A stretch of DNA of 64,000 nucleotides from Nitrososphaeria archaeon (GTDB taxonomy: Archaea; Thermoproteota; Nitrososphaeria; JACIWG01). The notes under the pieces were generated by a model that ran no database searches, had not been told where the DNA came from, and saw only the letters and a list, made by a program, of their open reading frames with translations. A program made the position numbers and the translations under genes. The DNA lies in assembly GCA_963752255.1 (NCBI GenBank), contig CAVVXT010000010.1, forward strand, positions 64,001-128,000, read 5' to 3'. Positions 29,063-39,564 of this stretch are shown in pieces (the stretch's first letter is position 1; each line of letters opens with the position of its first letter).

Positions 29063-31471
29063 TTGGTAAAGTTGTGTTCGTTAGCGAATAAAGAAGCTAT
29101 GATAATAATCCTAGCCCTTATGCTCGCGAGTATTATCATTTCAATAAGACCTTTTGACGGAGATATTGAAGTAATTGTTTCCTTTAAAGGAGAACCGACT
29201 ACGTCTCTCGCTATAAAGTTTGGGATTAGCTTGAATGATTCGATAATAAAGAAAGCTTCAGAGTACAAGTTGCTGGAACTGGAGGGAAATATAAAGAAAC
29301 TGCAGAGCAGTGGAATACCTCTTAGAGTCGTTTCATATATGTATACCGTAATCTTCGGAGCAGTTATAGAGATACCTCGAAGATTTATTCAGACCTTAAA
29401 TCAGACTGGAATAATCGCTTCATTAGAAGAAAGCGCTGAATATAAGTTAGATTTAGAGAACAGTGTTAAGATGGTAGATGCTAATGGAGTATGGGAACTA
29501 AAGGATGCCCTAAATTCAAATATTACAGGTAAAGGAATCAAAGTGGCAGTGATCGATACAGGAGTAAACTACTCACAGCCAATTTTAGGAGGAGGAATAG
29601 GACCAAATTATAAAGTGGTTGGTGGATACAATTTTGTGGAAAAAGATAATGATCCAATGGATATTGATGGACATGGAACAGCGGTCGCGGCCATCATAGC
29701 CGGCAAAGACGATAGATTTACGGGAATAGCGCCGGACGCAAGAATTCTCGCATATAAAGTAACAACAAAGGCTGAAGAGACGTCAATGGCAGATATCGTA
29801 CAAGCTATTGATAGAGCAGTATTAGACGGCGCAACTGTGATCAATATAAGCCTTGGATCAGCGGTATCAGACGCTGCATTGGGAATTGCTATAAATAACG
29901 CTGTGGATGCAGGGATAGTCGTCGTCGCAGCCGCAGGTAACTCAGGACCTATCGGAGGCACCATAGACTACCCGAGCGCGCTAAACGATGTAATTTCTGT
30001 CGGAGCTTCATCGAATATAGGGTCCTCACTTCTAAAAGCTGAGTTTACGATCCCTGAGATAGGAAGATCCTTCGAAGCAATTCCCATGAATAATACGATT
30101 TCAACAAATAAACCGCTAATATCAAAATTAGTTTACGTCGGCCTTGGAGGAAAGGACGATGTCTCTAAACTTAACCTTACAGACGCGATCGCTGTCGCAA
30201 AAAGGGGAACCTATTTCTTTAGCGAAAAGGCAAAGAATGTCCAGGAAAAGGGAGCCGTCGCCCTGATAGTATTCAACAACGTTGCACAAAATTTTTTTGG
30301 TGATCTAAATATTTCTGTATCGATTCCCGTTGCTTCAATTTCGGGTGCAGATGGAGAATACATTCTTAACTTTCTATCAACAAAAAAACTTACTGGGAAT
30401 TTCACTGTAAACTCAAACCCTTATCAGGTCGTATGGTTTAGTTCGAGAGGGCCGGTTTCACCATTCTACTTAAAACCTAATTTAATCGCTCCAGGATATG
30501 ATGTAGAAACGGCGGATTATCAGGGAGGTTATCAAAATATTTCGGGTACAAGTTTCGCTGCCCCTTGTGTAACAGGCGCAGTTGCTCTAATAAAACAGGA
30601 AAGGCCAAAACTAAACCCCTATGAAATCATGTCTCTCCTCATGGATAACGCAGAACCTCTCACAACAGGAGTTGAGAAGTATCCTGTTGACGTTCAAGGT
30701 GCAGGACTTATGGAGGTCTATAACACGATAATCAGCGATTTCACAGTCTTACCCGGAAGCCTCGTCTTCAATCTATCTCCTTATAACCAAACAAGAACCA
30801 ATAGGACGTTACAGATTGTTCCACTATCAGGAGAGAACCTCAGTATTAAAGTCGCTCCAGATTGGTCTGGTCCAGACAGTGTACAGATAAGACTAAAGGA
30901 CACTAACATTATTAACGGAAGCACATTCATTACGATCGAAGCTCAGCTCAATACATATGATTATGGAACGTACTACGGTTGGTTAAACATATCGAGCGAG
31001 AAGATCGCTCAAAGGATACCAATAGAAGTGCAAATAAATCCCGTTGGAATCTCCATCATAAAAGATAATGCAGATCAGATAGCTTTCAGGATAAATCTGC
31101 CTAAGGGTTTTATATCAGCCAGAGCACTTATACAGATGCCTGACGGAAATAGCCAGACTATATCTTATAGGAGTGACTCCAATAATATTACCTTCCAGTC
31201 AACTTTAACTGGAGAATACTGGCTATCTGTTCTAGTTGTCACAACAAACAACACCCAAAGTGGATTCGACATTGTAACAGTTGGAAGGTCTACGACACCT
31301 CCTAAAATAACTATAGTAACAACGTTGCCTCAGATCCTGCCTATCGGTGGAATTCCTTACCAGGCACTTGGGACAATAGTGTACACACTTGCTCTGGTAG
31401 TTATATTAATAACAATCTATGGTTTAAGGAAGAAAACAAGAGAAAAAACTTCCTTATCAGACAAAGTTTAG
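29063..31471 (+). CDS. membrane-anchored subtilisin-like S8 serine protease with PA domain
   Basis: Triad IDTG / GHGT / GTSFAAP, oxyanion AAGN, PA insert, FSSRGP...KPN, C-terminal TM and basic tail. Confidence 0.92.
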   Translation: MVKLCSLANKEAMIIILALMLASIIISIRPFDGDIEVIVSFKGEPTTSLAIKFGISLNDSIIKKASEYKLLELEGNIKKLQSSGIPLRVVSYMYTVIFGAVIEIPRRFIQTLNQTGIIASLEESAEYKLDLENSVKMVDANGVWELKDALNSNITGKGIKVAVIDTGVNYSQPILGGGIGPNYKVVGGYNFVEKDNDPMDIDGHGTAVAAIIAGKDDRFTGIAPDARILAYKVTTKAEETSMADIVQAIDRAVLDGATVINISLGSAVSDAALGIAINNAVDAGIVVVAAAGNSGPIGGTIDYPSALNDVISVGASSNIGSSLLKAEFTIPEIGRSFEAIPMNNTISTNKPLISKLVYVGLGGKDDVSKLNLTDAIAVAKRGTYFFSEKAKNVQEKGAVALIVFNNVAQNFFGDLNISVSIPVASISGADGEYILNFLSTKKLTGNFTVNSNPYQVVWFSSRGPVSPFYLKPNLIAPGYDVETADYQGGYQNISGTSFAAPCVTGAVALIKQERPKLNPYEIMSLLMDNAEPLTTGVEKYPVDVQGAGLMEVYNTIISDFTVLPGSLVFNLSPYNQTRTNRTLQIVPLSGENLSIKVAPDWSGPDSVQIRLKDTNIINGSTFITIEAQLNTYDYGTYYGWLNISSEKIAQRIPIEVQINPVGISIIKDNADQIAFRINLPKGFISARALIQMPDGNSQTISYRSDSNNITFQSTLTGEYWLSVLVVTTNNTQSGFDIVTVGRSTTPPKITIVTTLPQILPIGGIPYQALGTIVYTLALVVILITIYGLRKKTREKTSLSDKV

Positions 31472-31564
31472 GCCATTCGTAAAAAACAAGTTGATATTTT
31501 ATTTGCATTAGCGGTGGGCAAGTAATTTATAAGGGCGGATTCGATAGGTCATATGTTTTGAGAT

Positions 31565-32365
31565 ATGGACGAGTTTAGATTAACTCATCTCATCGAACGT
31601 ACTCTTAAAAGTGCTCAAAGAGCTTTACTTAAAATTCGAGACAACCCCATAAGAGTTGGAGTGAACAGATTTGGGGACATCACATATAATATTGATTTAG
31701 AATCCGAGCATGTGATTTTTGAGGAATTTGAAAAAACAGGAGAAGGTTTTACTATAATATCGGAGGAGTCTGGGATAAAGGAAATAAACGGAGGAGGAAT
31801 GGCTGTAGTTGTAGACCCATTAGACGGCAGCAACAACGCGGTTAAAGGAATACCTTTTTACAGCATATCAATAGCCATCTCTAAGGGGGACTTGATATCT
31901 GATATATTGGCTTCTGGCATAATTAACGTAACTAATGGAGATATTATATGTTCAGACAGCCATAGCGTCTTCTTCAATGGTGAAGCCAGACATCCCTCAA
32001 ACGTGACCGAGCTTAGCTCTGCCATTTCTACGATTATACCAAGACTCTTTTACCTAAACAACAAAGAATACGAGGAAAGACTTGTAAAGCTGTTTAAGCA
32101 GACTAAACACCCAAGATTTCTTGGTAGTGCGGCAATGGAATCGGCGTATGTATCAGTAGGATTAATAGATGCTTTCATAGAACTTTATCCAAGACTACGC
32201 GTTGTCGATGTTGCAGCTTCACTCCATATGGCTAGGACTTCAGGTGCATACGTAAATCTTCTAAACATAGAAGGGGAACTTAACCTAAAGTATGATGGTA
32301 GAGTAAGTTGTTTAATAGCAGCAAACAGTATACTTGGTCACTCTTACACTGAAATTCTGAAATAG
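31565..32365 (+). CDS. inositol monophosphatase / FBPase (FIG family)
   Basis: SEE, DPLDGS, RFLGSAA, RVVDVAA. Confidence 0.88.
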   Translation: MDEFRLTHLIERTLKSAQRALLKIRDNPIRVGVNRFGDITYNIDLESEHVIFEEFEKTGEGFTIISEESGIKEINGGGMAVVVDPLDGSNNAVKGIPFYSISIAISKGDLISDILASGIINVTNGDIICSDSHSVFFNGEARHPSNVTELSSAISTIIPRLFYLNNKEYEERLVKLFKQTKHPRFLGSAAMESAYVSVGLIDAFIELYPRLRVVDVAASLHMARTSGAYVNLLNIEGELNLKYDGRVSCLIAANSILGHSYTEILK

Positions 32366-32448
32366 CTTATATATTTTGACTTGCAACGTTCCCGTTTTAA
32401 TATGATAATAATTATATACTTTATTTCCTGAACTTGTAGTGACTTCTT

Positions 32449-33225
32449 ATGCAAGAGTTTGTTACAGGAAGATTAAAGAAGATTCTGAGAGAAAACAAGA
32501 TTTCAGTTGGGATGTGGATTACGCTTCCATGCATAGATGTGCCGGAAGCCCTGTCCAGGCTCGGCTTCGACTGGTTCGTCTTCGACACCGAGCACGCTCC
32601 AACAAGCATAGAGACCGTGCAGAGGCTGCTGCCAGCACTAAACGGAAGCAACACTTCAGCAATCATCAGAGTCGCATGGAACGATATAGTCATGATAAAG
32701 CGTGCACTAGACGTAGGGCCAGAAGGCATCCTAGTCCCGTGGGTAAACAACAGAGACGACGCCATAAAAGCTGTCAAAGCCAGTAGGTATCCACCACTTG
32801 GCATCAGGGGAGTTGGCCCAAGAAGAGCCGCGGCCTACGGCCTAGACCCCTCATACTATAAAAGAGCAAACAACGAAGTCGCCCTGATCGTCCAGATAGA
32901 AACACAGGAAGCAGTAGACAATGTTAACGAGATACTCTCAGTGGATGGTATAGATTCATTCTTCATAGGGCCACAGGACCTTTCATTCTCTTTGCAGGTG
33001 CCGCACGACTACGAAAGCCCCAGATTCAGGGCAGCCATTGAGAAGGTTCTTGAGGCGGGAAGGAAAGCAGGTAAACCTGCCGGCATATACACGTCAGACG
33101 CGCAAGAATCCATAAACTACATGAAGAAAGGTTTCAGGTTCCTTACTCTTTCTTCAGACATAAAAAATTTGGTTAGTCAGTGCAAAAAAGAGTTAGAAAT
33201 TGTTAGAACAGAAGTCTCAAAGTGA
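32449..33225 (+). CDS. HpcH/HpaI (GarL-like) class II pyruvate aldolase
   Basis: DTEH, IIRV, YPPLGIRG, QIET, FIGPQDLS. Confidence 0.9.
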   Translation: MQEFVTGRLKKILRENKISVGMWITLPCIDVPEALSRLGFDWFVFDTEHAPTSIETVQRLLPALNGSNTSAIIRVAWNDIVMIKRALDVGPEGILVPWVNNRDDAIKAVKASRYPPLGIRGVGPRRAAAYGLDPSYYKRANNEVALIVQIETQEAVDNVNEILSVDGIDSFFIGPQDLSFSLQVPHDYESPRFRAAIEKVLEAGRKAGKPAGIYTSDAQESINYMKKGFRFLTLSSDIKNLVSQCKKELEIVRTEVSK

Positions 33226-33390
33226 ACTCTTTAGTCTATAGGGGAATATTGCAAATACGGAAATCTTTTAATTAAAAGACTGTAGTAATAAAAAATCTAC
33301 TTTTCTAATAAATTGTCACAAATTTGTACAGTATTGTTTATTATTTAACGCGATATTCTGCCTGCTATAGTAGTAGTTCTCAAAGTTATA

Positions 33391-33600
33391 GAAATAAATG
33401 AGATTCGGCTAGAAGAACTAGATGTCAGATAGTTTGTTGAGGATAAAGTAAAGGAGGTCCGTTACACTGTTGGTAATGATTTGGTGGTCAACGTTTTATC
33501 CAGTGGCGTCGATTCTTATCGATGTAAAGTAAGAGTTCTTAAAGGCTATGAAAGGTATAGTTGACCCAGGAGAAAAAATGGAAGTTATTGCTCAGAATAC
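33391..33600 (+). pseudogene. guaA: decayed GMP synthase ATP-pyrophosphatase (GuaA subunit B-like) fragment
   Basis: EIRLEELDVR*FVEDKVKEVRYTVGNDLVVNVLSSGVDS (PP-loop SGGVDS), then after a deletion IDVK*EFLKAMKGIVDPGEKMEVI (cf. GITDPEEKR). Confidence 0.7.
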
Positions 33601-33883
33601 CTTGTCAGCGGTTTCCCTTCCGCAAGTAATGCGATTGTCCTTACGCCTATTCTTCAGTTACCGACAATTACTGTTGAACTAATGTTTTTTTCCTCATGCA
33701 CCTCTGGAATTGTTTTCGGAGGCTATCTTTGCATGCAGGTGTTTAAAGCACTTCCACAGAATTTGAAGAGTATTTCCTAAATTTTATGCAATAGATCGCG
33801 TAAGTCTCCGATGCAACTTTGATTCTGTTCGTTACTAGGCAAATTTTAAATAGTAAGGTCTGTGTCTCTTTGAAAGAGAATTA

Positions 33884-34384
33884 ATGGCTACAAAAGGTGA
33901 TTCCCAGTCTACTATGAAGTTTGACAAGCGTCTCCTATCACTTGACAACGCTCTTAAAGCACACAAATATCAGAAGGATTCCCTTCTGGAGGTCCTGCAT
34001 ACAGCACAGGAGTCCTACGGATTTTTAGACAAGGATATTATGGCTTATGTCGCTAAAGCGCTGAAATTGCCTGCAAGCCATGTTTTTGGGGTTGCAACAT
34101 TCTATAACTTCTTCAAGCTTAAGAAACCAGGGGCACATGTCGTTACCTTCTGTTTAGGTACCGCCTGTTATGTTAAGGGTTCAGAAGATATTTTAAAGAA
34201 AGTTGAGGCCGAATTTAACGTAAAGCGTGGAGAATCTACTGTTGACGGAAAACTTTCTGTTTTTACTACGCGCTGTATTGGCGCATGTGCGATGGCACCT
34301 AATGCCATTATAGACGAAAACGTCGAAGGTAGAGCAACTAGTGAGTCTATAATAAAAAGGATAAAAGAGGTTAAAGGAGATTGA
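33884..34384 (+). CDS. hoxE: bidirectional hydrogenase diaphorase subunit HoxE (NuoE-like)
   Basis: LLEVLHTAQESYGFL, VATFY, CLGTACYVKG, CIGAC. Confidence 0.9.
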   Translation: MATKGDSQSTMKFDKRLLSLDNALKAHKYQKDSLLEVLHTAQESYGFLDKDIMAYVAKALKLPASHVFGVATFYNFFKLKKPGAHVVTFCLGTACYVKGSEDILKKVEAEFNVKRGESTVDGKLSVFTTRCIGACAMAPNAIIDENVEGRATSESIIKRIKEVKGD

Positions 34385-34389
34385 AATAA

Positions 34390-36052
34390 TTGAGACCTGA
34401 AGAACTTCATAAATCGGCAGAAATGGAGCATGAACTCCGTACTTCATACAAATTCAGGATCAATGTTTGCTGTTCAAGTGGATGTGCTCATTTTGGTGCT
34501 CTTAAAGTGCTTAAAGCATTTGAAGACGCCGTCAAAGAGTTCAGTGTCGATAAGATATGTAAGGTGGCTAGGACAGGCTGCATTGGAACCTGCTCCATAG
34601 GACCAGCCGTTATGATCGAACCAGGTGACTACCTATATGAGAGCATGACACCAGAAATGGCGAAAAAAATAGTTAGCGAACATATAGTAAATGGTAGACC
34701 AATCAAAGGCAATTTATACAGCAATGCCGACTTCTTCCAAAAACAGCTTAGGATAGTGTTGAGAGATGCTGGAAAAATCGATCCTCTCAGAATGGAAGAC
34801 TACATAGCTGTGGGAGGCTATTCTGCGCTTGCCAAAGCTTTAACAACCATGGAACCAGCACAGGTAATAGCGGCAGTATCTGCCAGTGGCTTGAGGGGTC
34901 GTGGCGGTGCAGGTTTTCTTACAGGTCAAAAGTGGAACTTTGTTGCTAAGTCTTCAACGACCCCAAAATATATTGTAGCAAACTTAGATGAAGGAGACCC
35001 AGGTGTATTCGCTAACCGCACACTTGCCGAAGCGGATCCACATTCAATTCTTGAAGGAATGGCCATCGCCGCATACGCTATTGGATCTGAACAAGGTTAC
35101 ATCTACATCCGTAGTGAATACCCTCTAAGGGGTCCAGACATTGAAAAAGGCTGTTGAGCAAGCTAAGACGCAAAGCTTTTTGGGAGAGAAGGTTCTCGGC
35201 ACAGATTTCAGATTCAATGTTGAACTCAGATTAGGTGCCGGTGCATTCGTTGCAGGCGAAGAAACCGCTATTCTTGCTTCCATCGAAGGGCGTAGAGCTA
35301 TGCCACGCCCCCGACCACCTTACCCGGCTGTTTCAGGCCTTTGGGGAAAGCCGACATTAATTAACAACGTAGAAACATTAGCCAACGTCCCATTAATTAT
35401 ATTAAATGGTAGTGCGTGGTTCTCTAAGATAGGTTCACCAGGCTGCAGTGGAACCAAATGTTTCTCTTTAACGGGCAAGATTAATAATCCTGGATTAATA
35501 GAAGTTCCGATGGGTACAACATTGGGAGAAGTAGTTTACGACATAGGTGGAGGTGTTCCGGAAGGTAGGAGGTTTAAGGCTGTGTTGGTTGGAGGCCCTT
35601 CAGGGGGATGTCTTCCCGAAGATAAACTTAACCTGCCGATAGATTATGAAAGTCTCACTAAGGCTGGAGCCATTATGGGATCTGGTGGAATTGTTGTGCT
35701 AGATGACAAATCCTGCATGGTGGATACGGCACATTTCTTCACAGACTTTTGTGTTGACGAATCATGTGGAAAATGTGTGCCTTGTAGAGTAGGACTCACA
35801 AAAGCTAGAGGAATTCTAGCCGGGATTATGGGAGGTGAAGGAAGAACAGAGGACTTAGAAAAGCTTGAAAAACTGATGTATCTGGCCAGGGATGTAAGTC
35901 TATGCGGTTTAGGACAGACCGCTGCAAACCCGATTTTGACGACTATCAACTATTTCAAAGACGAATACCTAAAACACATAGTTGAGAAGAAATGCCCTGC
36001 AGGAAGCTCGAACTGTTTTAATAAACAAGGTAAGGGGATGAATACTAAATGA
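34390..36052 (+). CDS. hoxF: diaphorase flavoprotein subunit HoxF (NuoF-like); single frameshift at about 35128
   Basis: N-terminal Trx-like 2Fe-2S, GLRGRGGAGF, DEGDPG, GEETA, NNVET, ESCGKCVPCR, SLCGLG. Confidence 0.9.
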
Positions 36053-36753
36053 GTTTTCCCAGTGTTAAGCTAACGATCGATGAAAGGGAATTAGTTGTCC
36101 AACCAAACACCACGATACTTACAGCTGCGACCGATAACGGCATCTATATTCCAACTTTATGCTATTTGGAGGGTTTAACTAGCCTTGGGGGCTGCCGTCT
36201 ATGTGTCGTTGAAGTGAAGGGTTCACCCAAGCTTTTTCCATCTTGCTCTACTCTGGTCAGTAACGGCATGGAGGTTGCGACGGTCTCAGAAAAACTGACT
36301 CGATATCGCAAACAACTGGTAGAGCTTTTATTGTCTGAACGAACTCACATCTGTTCAGTCTGCGTTGCAAACGGCGCCTGCGAACTTCAGGCTATGGCGA
36401 CCAAACTTGGAGTCGACTATGTTAATGTGGACCGCGAATGGACCAGATTTGAGGTAGACTCTACTCACAAACGTTTTGTACTTGACAGCAACAGGTGCAT
36501 TCTATGCACTCGCTGCGTAAGAGTTTGTGATGAAATAGAAGGTGTACACACTATAGACCTGAAGCATAGAGGTATTTACTCCCAGATAATCATGGACCTA
36601 GACGAGCCCTGGGGATCTTCTTCCTCCTGTACCTCTTGCAGCAAGTGCTCTGCAGTCTGTCCTGTTGGATCAATCTATGTAAAGAATAAACCACTTTCTG
36701 AAACAAAGAATCCTGAACTTCCAAAATTTATTATAGACAGGAGGCGCAGGTGA
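36049..36753 (+). CDS. hoxU: diaphorase Fe-S subunit HoxU
   Basis: IPTLC, GCRLC, HICSVC...C, CILCTRCVRVC, CTSCSKCSAVCP. Confidence 0.92.
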   Translation: MSFPSVKLTIDERELVVQPNTTILTAATDNGIYIPTLCYLEGLTSLGGCRLCVVEVKGSPKLFPSCSTLVSNGMEVATVSEKLTRYRKQLVELLLSERTHICSVCVANGACELQAMATKLGVDYVNVDREWTRFEVDSTHKRFVLDSNRCILCTRCVRVCDEIEGVHTIDLKHRGIYSQIIMDLDEPWGSSSSCTSCSKCSAVCPVGSIYVKNKPLSETKNPELPKFIIDRRRR

Positions 36754-36759
36754 GAGGAA

Positions 36760-37293
36760 ATGGTGAGGGTGAAAGTTGCTACGGTCTGGCTAAGTGGGTG
36801 CTCGGGATGCCACATGTCGTTCCTCGACCAAGACGAGAGGCTCATAGACTTAGCAGAAAAGATGGAACTGGTCTACAGCCCGATTGTTGACAAAAAGGAA
36901 TTCCCTGATGGCACCGACATTACACTAATAGAGGGTGCCGTGGCCAACGTGGAACAGCTAGAGTTGCTAAAGTTTGTCAGAAATCGCACCAAAATACTTG
37001 TATCCCTAGGCGATTGTGCAGTAACAGGAAACGTTACAGCTCTAAGGAACTGTTTCAGTGACAGTGCGAATTCTGTCCTCAAAAGGGAATTCATCGAAAA
37101 CACCGATGTTCAACCTCAGATACCGACAGGAGTTCCTGCACTTCTTGAACACGTTCTTTCACTGCATGAAGCTGTTAAGGTTGACTTCTTTATTCCAGGA
37201 TGCCCCCCACACGCTGACCTCATAAATTATGTCCTGTCAGAGCTTTTAGCAGGTAAAGTGCCTACAATGGCAGACAAATTCAAGTATGGTTAG
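36760..37293 (+). CDS. hoxY: NiFe hydrogenase small subunit HoxY
   Basis: WLSGCSGCHMS, GDCAVTGNV, PGCPP; short single-cluster form. Confidence 0.92.
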   Translation: MVRVKVATVWLSGCSGCHMSFLDQDERLIDLAEKMELVYSPIVDKKEFPDGTDITLIEGAVANVEQLELLKFVRNRTKILVSLGDCAVTGNVTALRNCFSDSANSVLKREFIENTDVQPQIPTGVPALLEHVLSLHEAVKVDFFIPGCPPHADLINYVLSELLAGKVPTMADKFKYG

Positions 37294-37308
37294 AAAGGTG
37301 AAAAAAAT

Positions 37309-38735
37309 ATGGCTGAGAAAATTGTAATCAATCCTGTAACAAGGATAGAAGGCCACGCAAAGGTGTCTATATTCCTTAAAGAAGACGGAAAAGTACAGGA
37401 AGCTAGGTTCGAAATAGTGGACTTCAGAGGCTTCGAAAAGTTCACTGAAGGCCGCCCTTTTTACGAAATGCCGAGCATAACTTCGAGGGCGTGCGGAATA
37501 TGTCCTGTAAGTCACCTTTTAGCTTCAGCGAAGGCATGCGACCAGATAGCTTCTGTAAAGATAACCAAAACTGCAGAGAATCTGCGTCGTTTAATGCATA
37601 ACGGACAAATGATTCAATCACATGCTTTAAGCTTCTTCTATCTTTCATCACCAGATTTATTGCTGGGCTTAGATTCTGACCCAGCTAAAAGAAACATCTT
37701 TGGTCTAATAGAAAAATACCCAGAAATTGCGAAACAAGGGATTAAACTTAGGAAGTTTGGTCAACAGATCATCGAATTTTTGAGCGGCAAAAGAATACAT
37801 TCCAGCGACTGGATCGTACCCGGAGGTGTAAAATATCCGTTTACAAAAGAGAAGCGAAATAGGCTGCAGGCTGATCTTCCAGGAGCCTTAGACATAGCGA
37901 CTAAAACGCTAGAAACATTCAAGAAAAGCCTTCCAGAATACGAAGATGAAACAGCAGACTTCGGTAACTTCCCAACCTACTATCTGAGCCTTATAACCCA
38001 AGACGGTGGACTCGAGCATTACGATGGGGAAATAAGGATTAAGGATCCCAATGGTAGGATTATCGGAGACAGACTAGATCCGACCAAGTACCTCGAATAC
38101 ATCGGAGAAGCCTGCGAACCGTGGTCTTATATGAAATTTCCATATTATAAGCCTCTAGGATATCCGGACGGAATATATAGGGTTGGCCCGCTCGTAGATT
38201 AAATGTTTCTGCAAAATGCGGAACCCCTATCGCAGATGATGAGCTTAAGGAATTCAAAAAACTTGGCAGAAACGGCATAGTTGAAAGTACTTTCATGTAT
38301 CATTACGCGCGTTTGATCGAAATAATTTTCTGTGTTGAGAGGACCAAACAAATGCTTGATGACCCAGACATTCTCAAAGAGAACATTTGGGTTAAATCTG
38401 ATGCTAACCAGAATGAAGGTGTAGGTGTTGCTGAAGCTCCCAGAGGAACCTTGTTTCACCACTACAAAGTTGACGATTTAGGTCGGATAACTTGGGTGAA
38501 TATGATCATTGCAACGGAGAACAACAACTTAGCATACAACAAGGCAGTGACACAAGTAGCAAAGAAGTATGTAGTAAGTTCAAAGCTTGAAGAAGGAATG
38601 TTGAACAGGGTTGAAGCTGTTATACGAGCATTTGACCCCTGTCTAAGCTGTGCAACACACGCTTGGGGTGAGATGCCTTTGTCCATCAGTCTTTACAGTT
38701 CAAAGGGAAAATTGTTAGATAATATTACTCGATAA
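37309..38735 (+). CDS. hoxH: NiFe hydrogenase large subunit HoxH (group 3d); single frameshift at about 38194
   Basis: PVTRIEGH, L1 RACGICPVSH, EAPRGTLFHHY, L2 AFDPCLSCATH plus C-terminal extension. Confidence 0.92.
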
Positions 38736-38864
38736 AAATGAATTATATTCTTCTAAATGGCTTGTTCATTAAAGAGAATGTTAACTTTTAGCATGGTATT
38801 AGTCATATTCACTTAAATTCTGTTTAAAGAAATTGCAGATGTTCCAAAGCTCTTCAATGTTCAA

Positions 38865-39559
38865 TTAAGTGACTTCAGGGTACGGTGTGATCACTATCTC
38901 ATCCTGCTTCATAATTGTGTATTGATAGAATTTCATATCATGGTTTGTCCCTCTAATTTTTACAACCATCATTCTTCTTTTTAGCTCTCCTTTAACTGGG
39001 AGGTTTCAAGTAATATTATTCCATCGGCTATGAATTCCTCGACACAGGATCCGATACCTTTCTCACCCCAAGGTTTTTCCGATATTAAAAATGTTGTACA
39101 ATCGATCTTTCTGAGTAACTTCTGGATTACGGAAATTGTTGTCCTAACCTCTTGCTTTTCACTGGAAGCTAAAGTTAGAGCAGTTATAGAGTCTATCACC
39201 ATTCTTTTCGCACCGAAAAATCTAGCCTCTTCAAGTATGGTATCTATTGCTGATTGTAAGCCGACTTTGCTCATTGCGACAAAATCGAGTATTTTAATCA
39301 TTCCTTCTTTCTCTAGACGATCAAGATCCCAACCCAACGAAAACATAAACTGTTTTAACGTGTTAGAACTTTCATTAAATGTTATAATCAACCCCTTGTC
39401 GGAGTATTAGGTAGCTCCGTTGAGAAGGAACTGTATCGAAAGTATCGTCTTACCGCTTCTTGGTCCACCGGTAATCAATTGACAGAATCCTTTGGAATTC
39501 CTCCTCCCAGAATATTATCTAACTCTGATATCCCCGTCTGTATTTTTTTCTAAAGCCAT
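38865..39559 (-). pseudogene. KaiC/RAD55-like RecA-superfamily ATPase with several lesions
   Basis: TGISELDNILGGGIP, Walker A GGPRSGKT, VIDS, ADGIILL, VKIRGT; about 3 frameshifts and an in-frame TAA near 39407. Confidence 0.75.
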
Positions 39560-39564
39560 TTCAG

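Noticed and set aside
32421-32804. Overlapping ORFs 32421-32804 (-) and 32439-32786 (+)
   Set aside because: Alternative-frame shadows of the GC-richer aldolase gene
33312-33330. Imperfect palindrome TTGTCACAAATTTGTACA as a Rex-like operator for hox
   Set aside because: Poor match, about 550 nt from hoxE and upstream of the pseudogene debris; no rex gene seen
35120-38202. Programmed frameshifting or selenocysteine recoding in hoxF and hoxH
   Set aside because: The stops follow frame changes rather than in-frame UGA, the active-site ligands are all Cys, there is no slippery heptamer, and similar indels occur across unrelated genes
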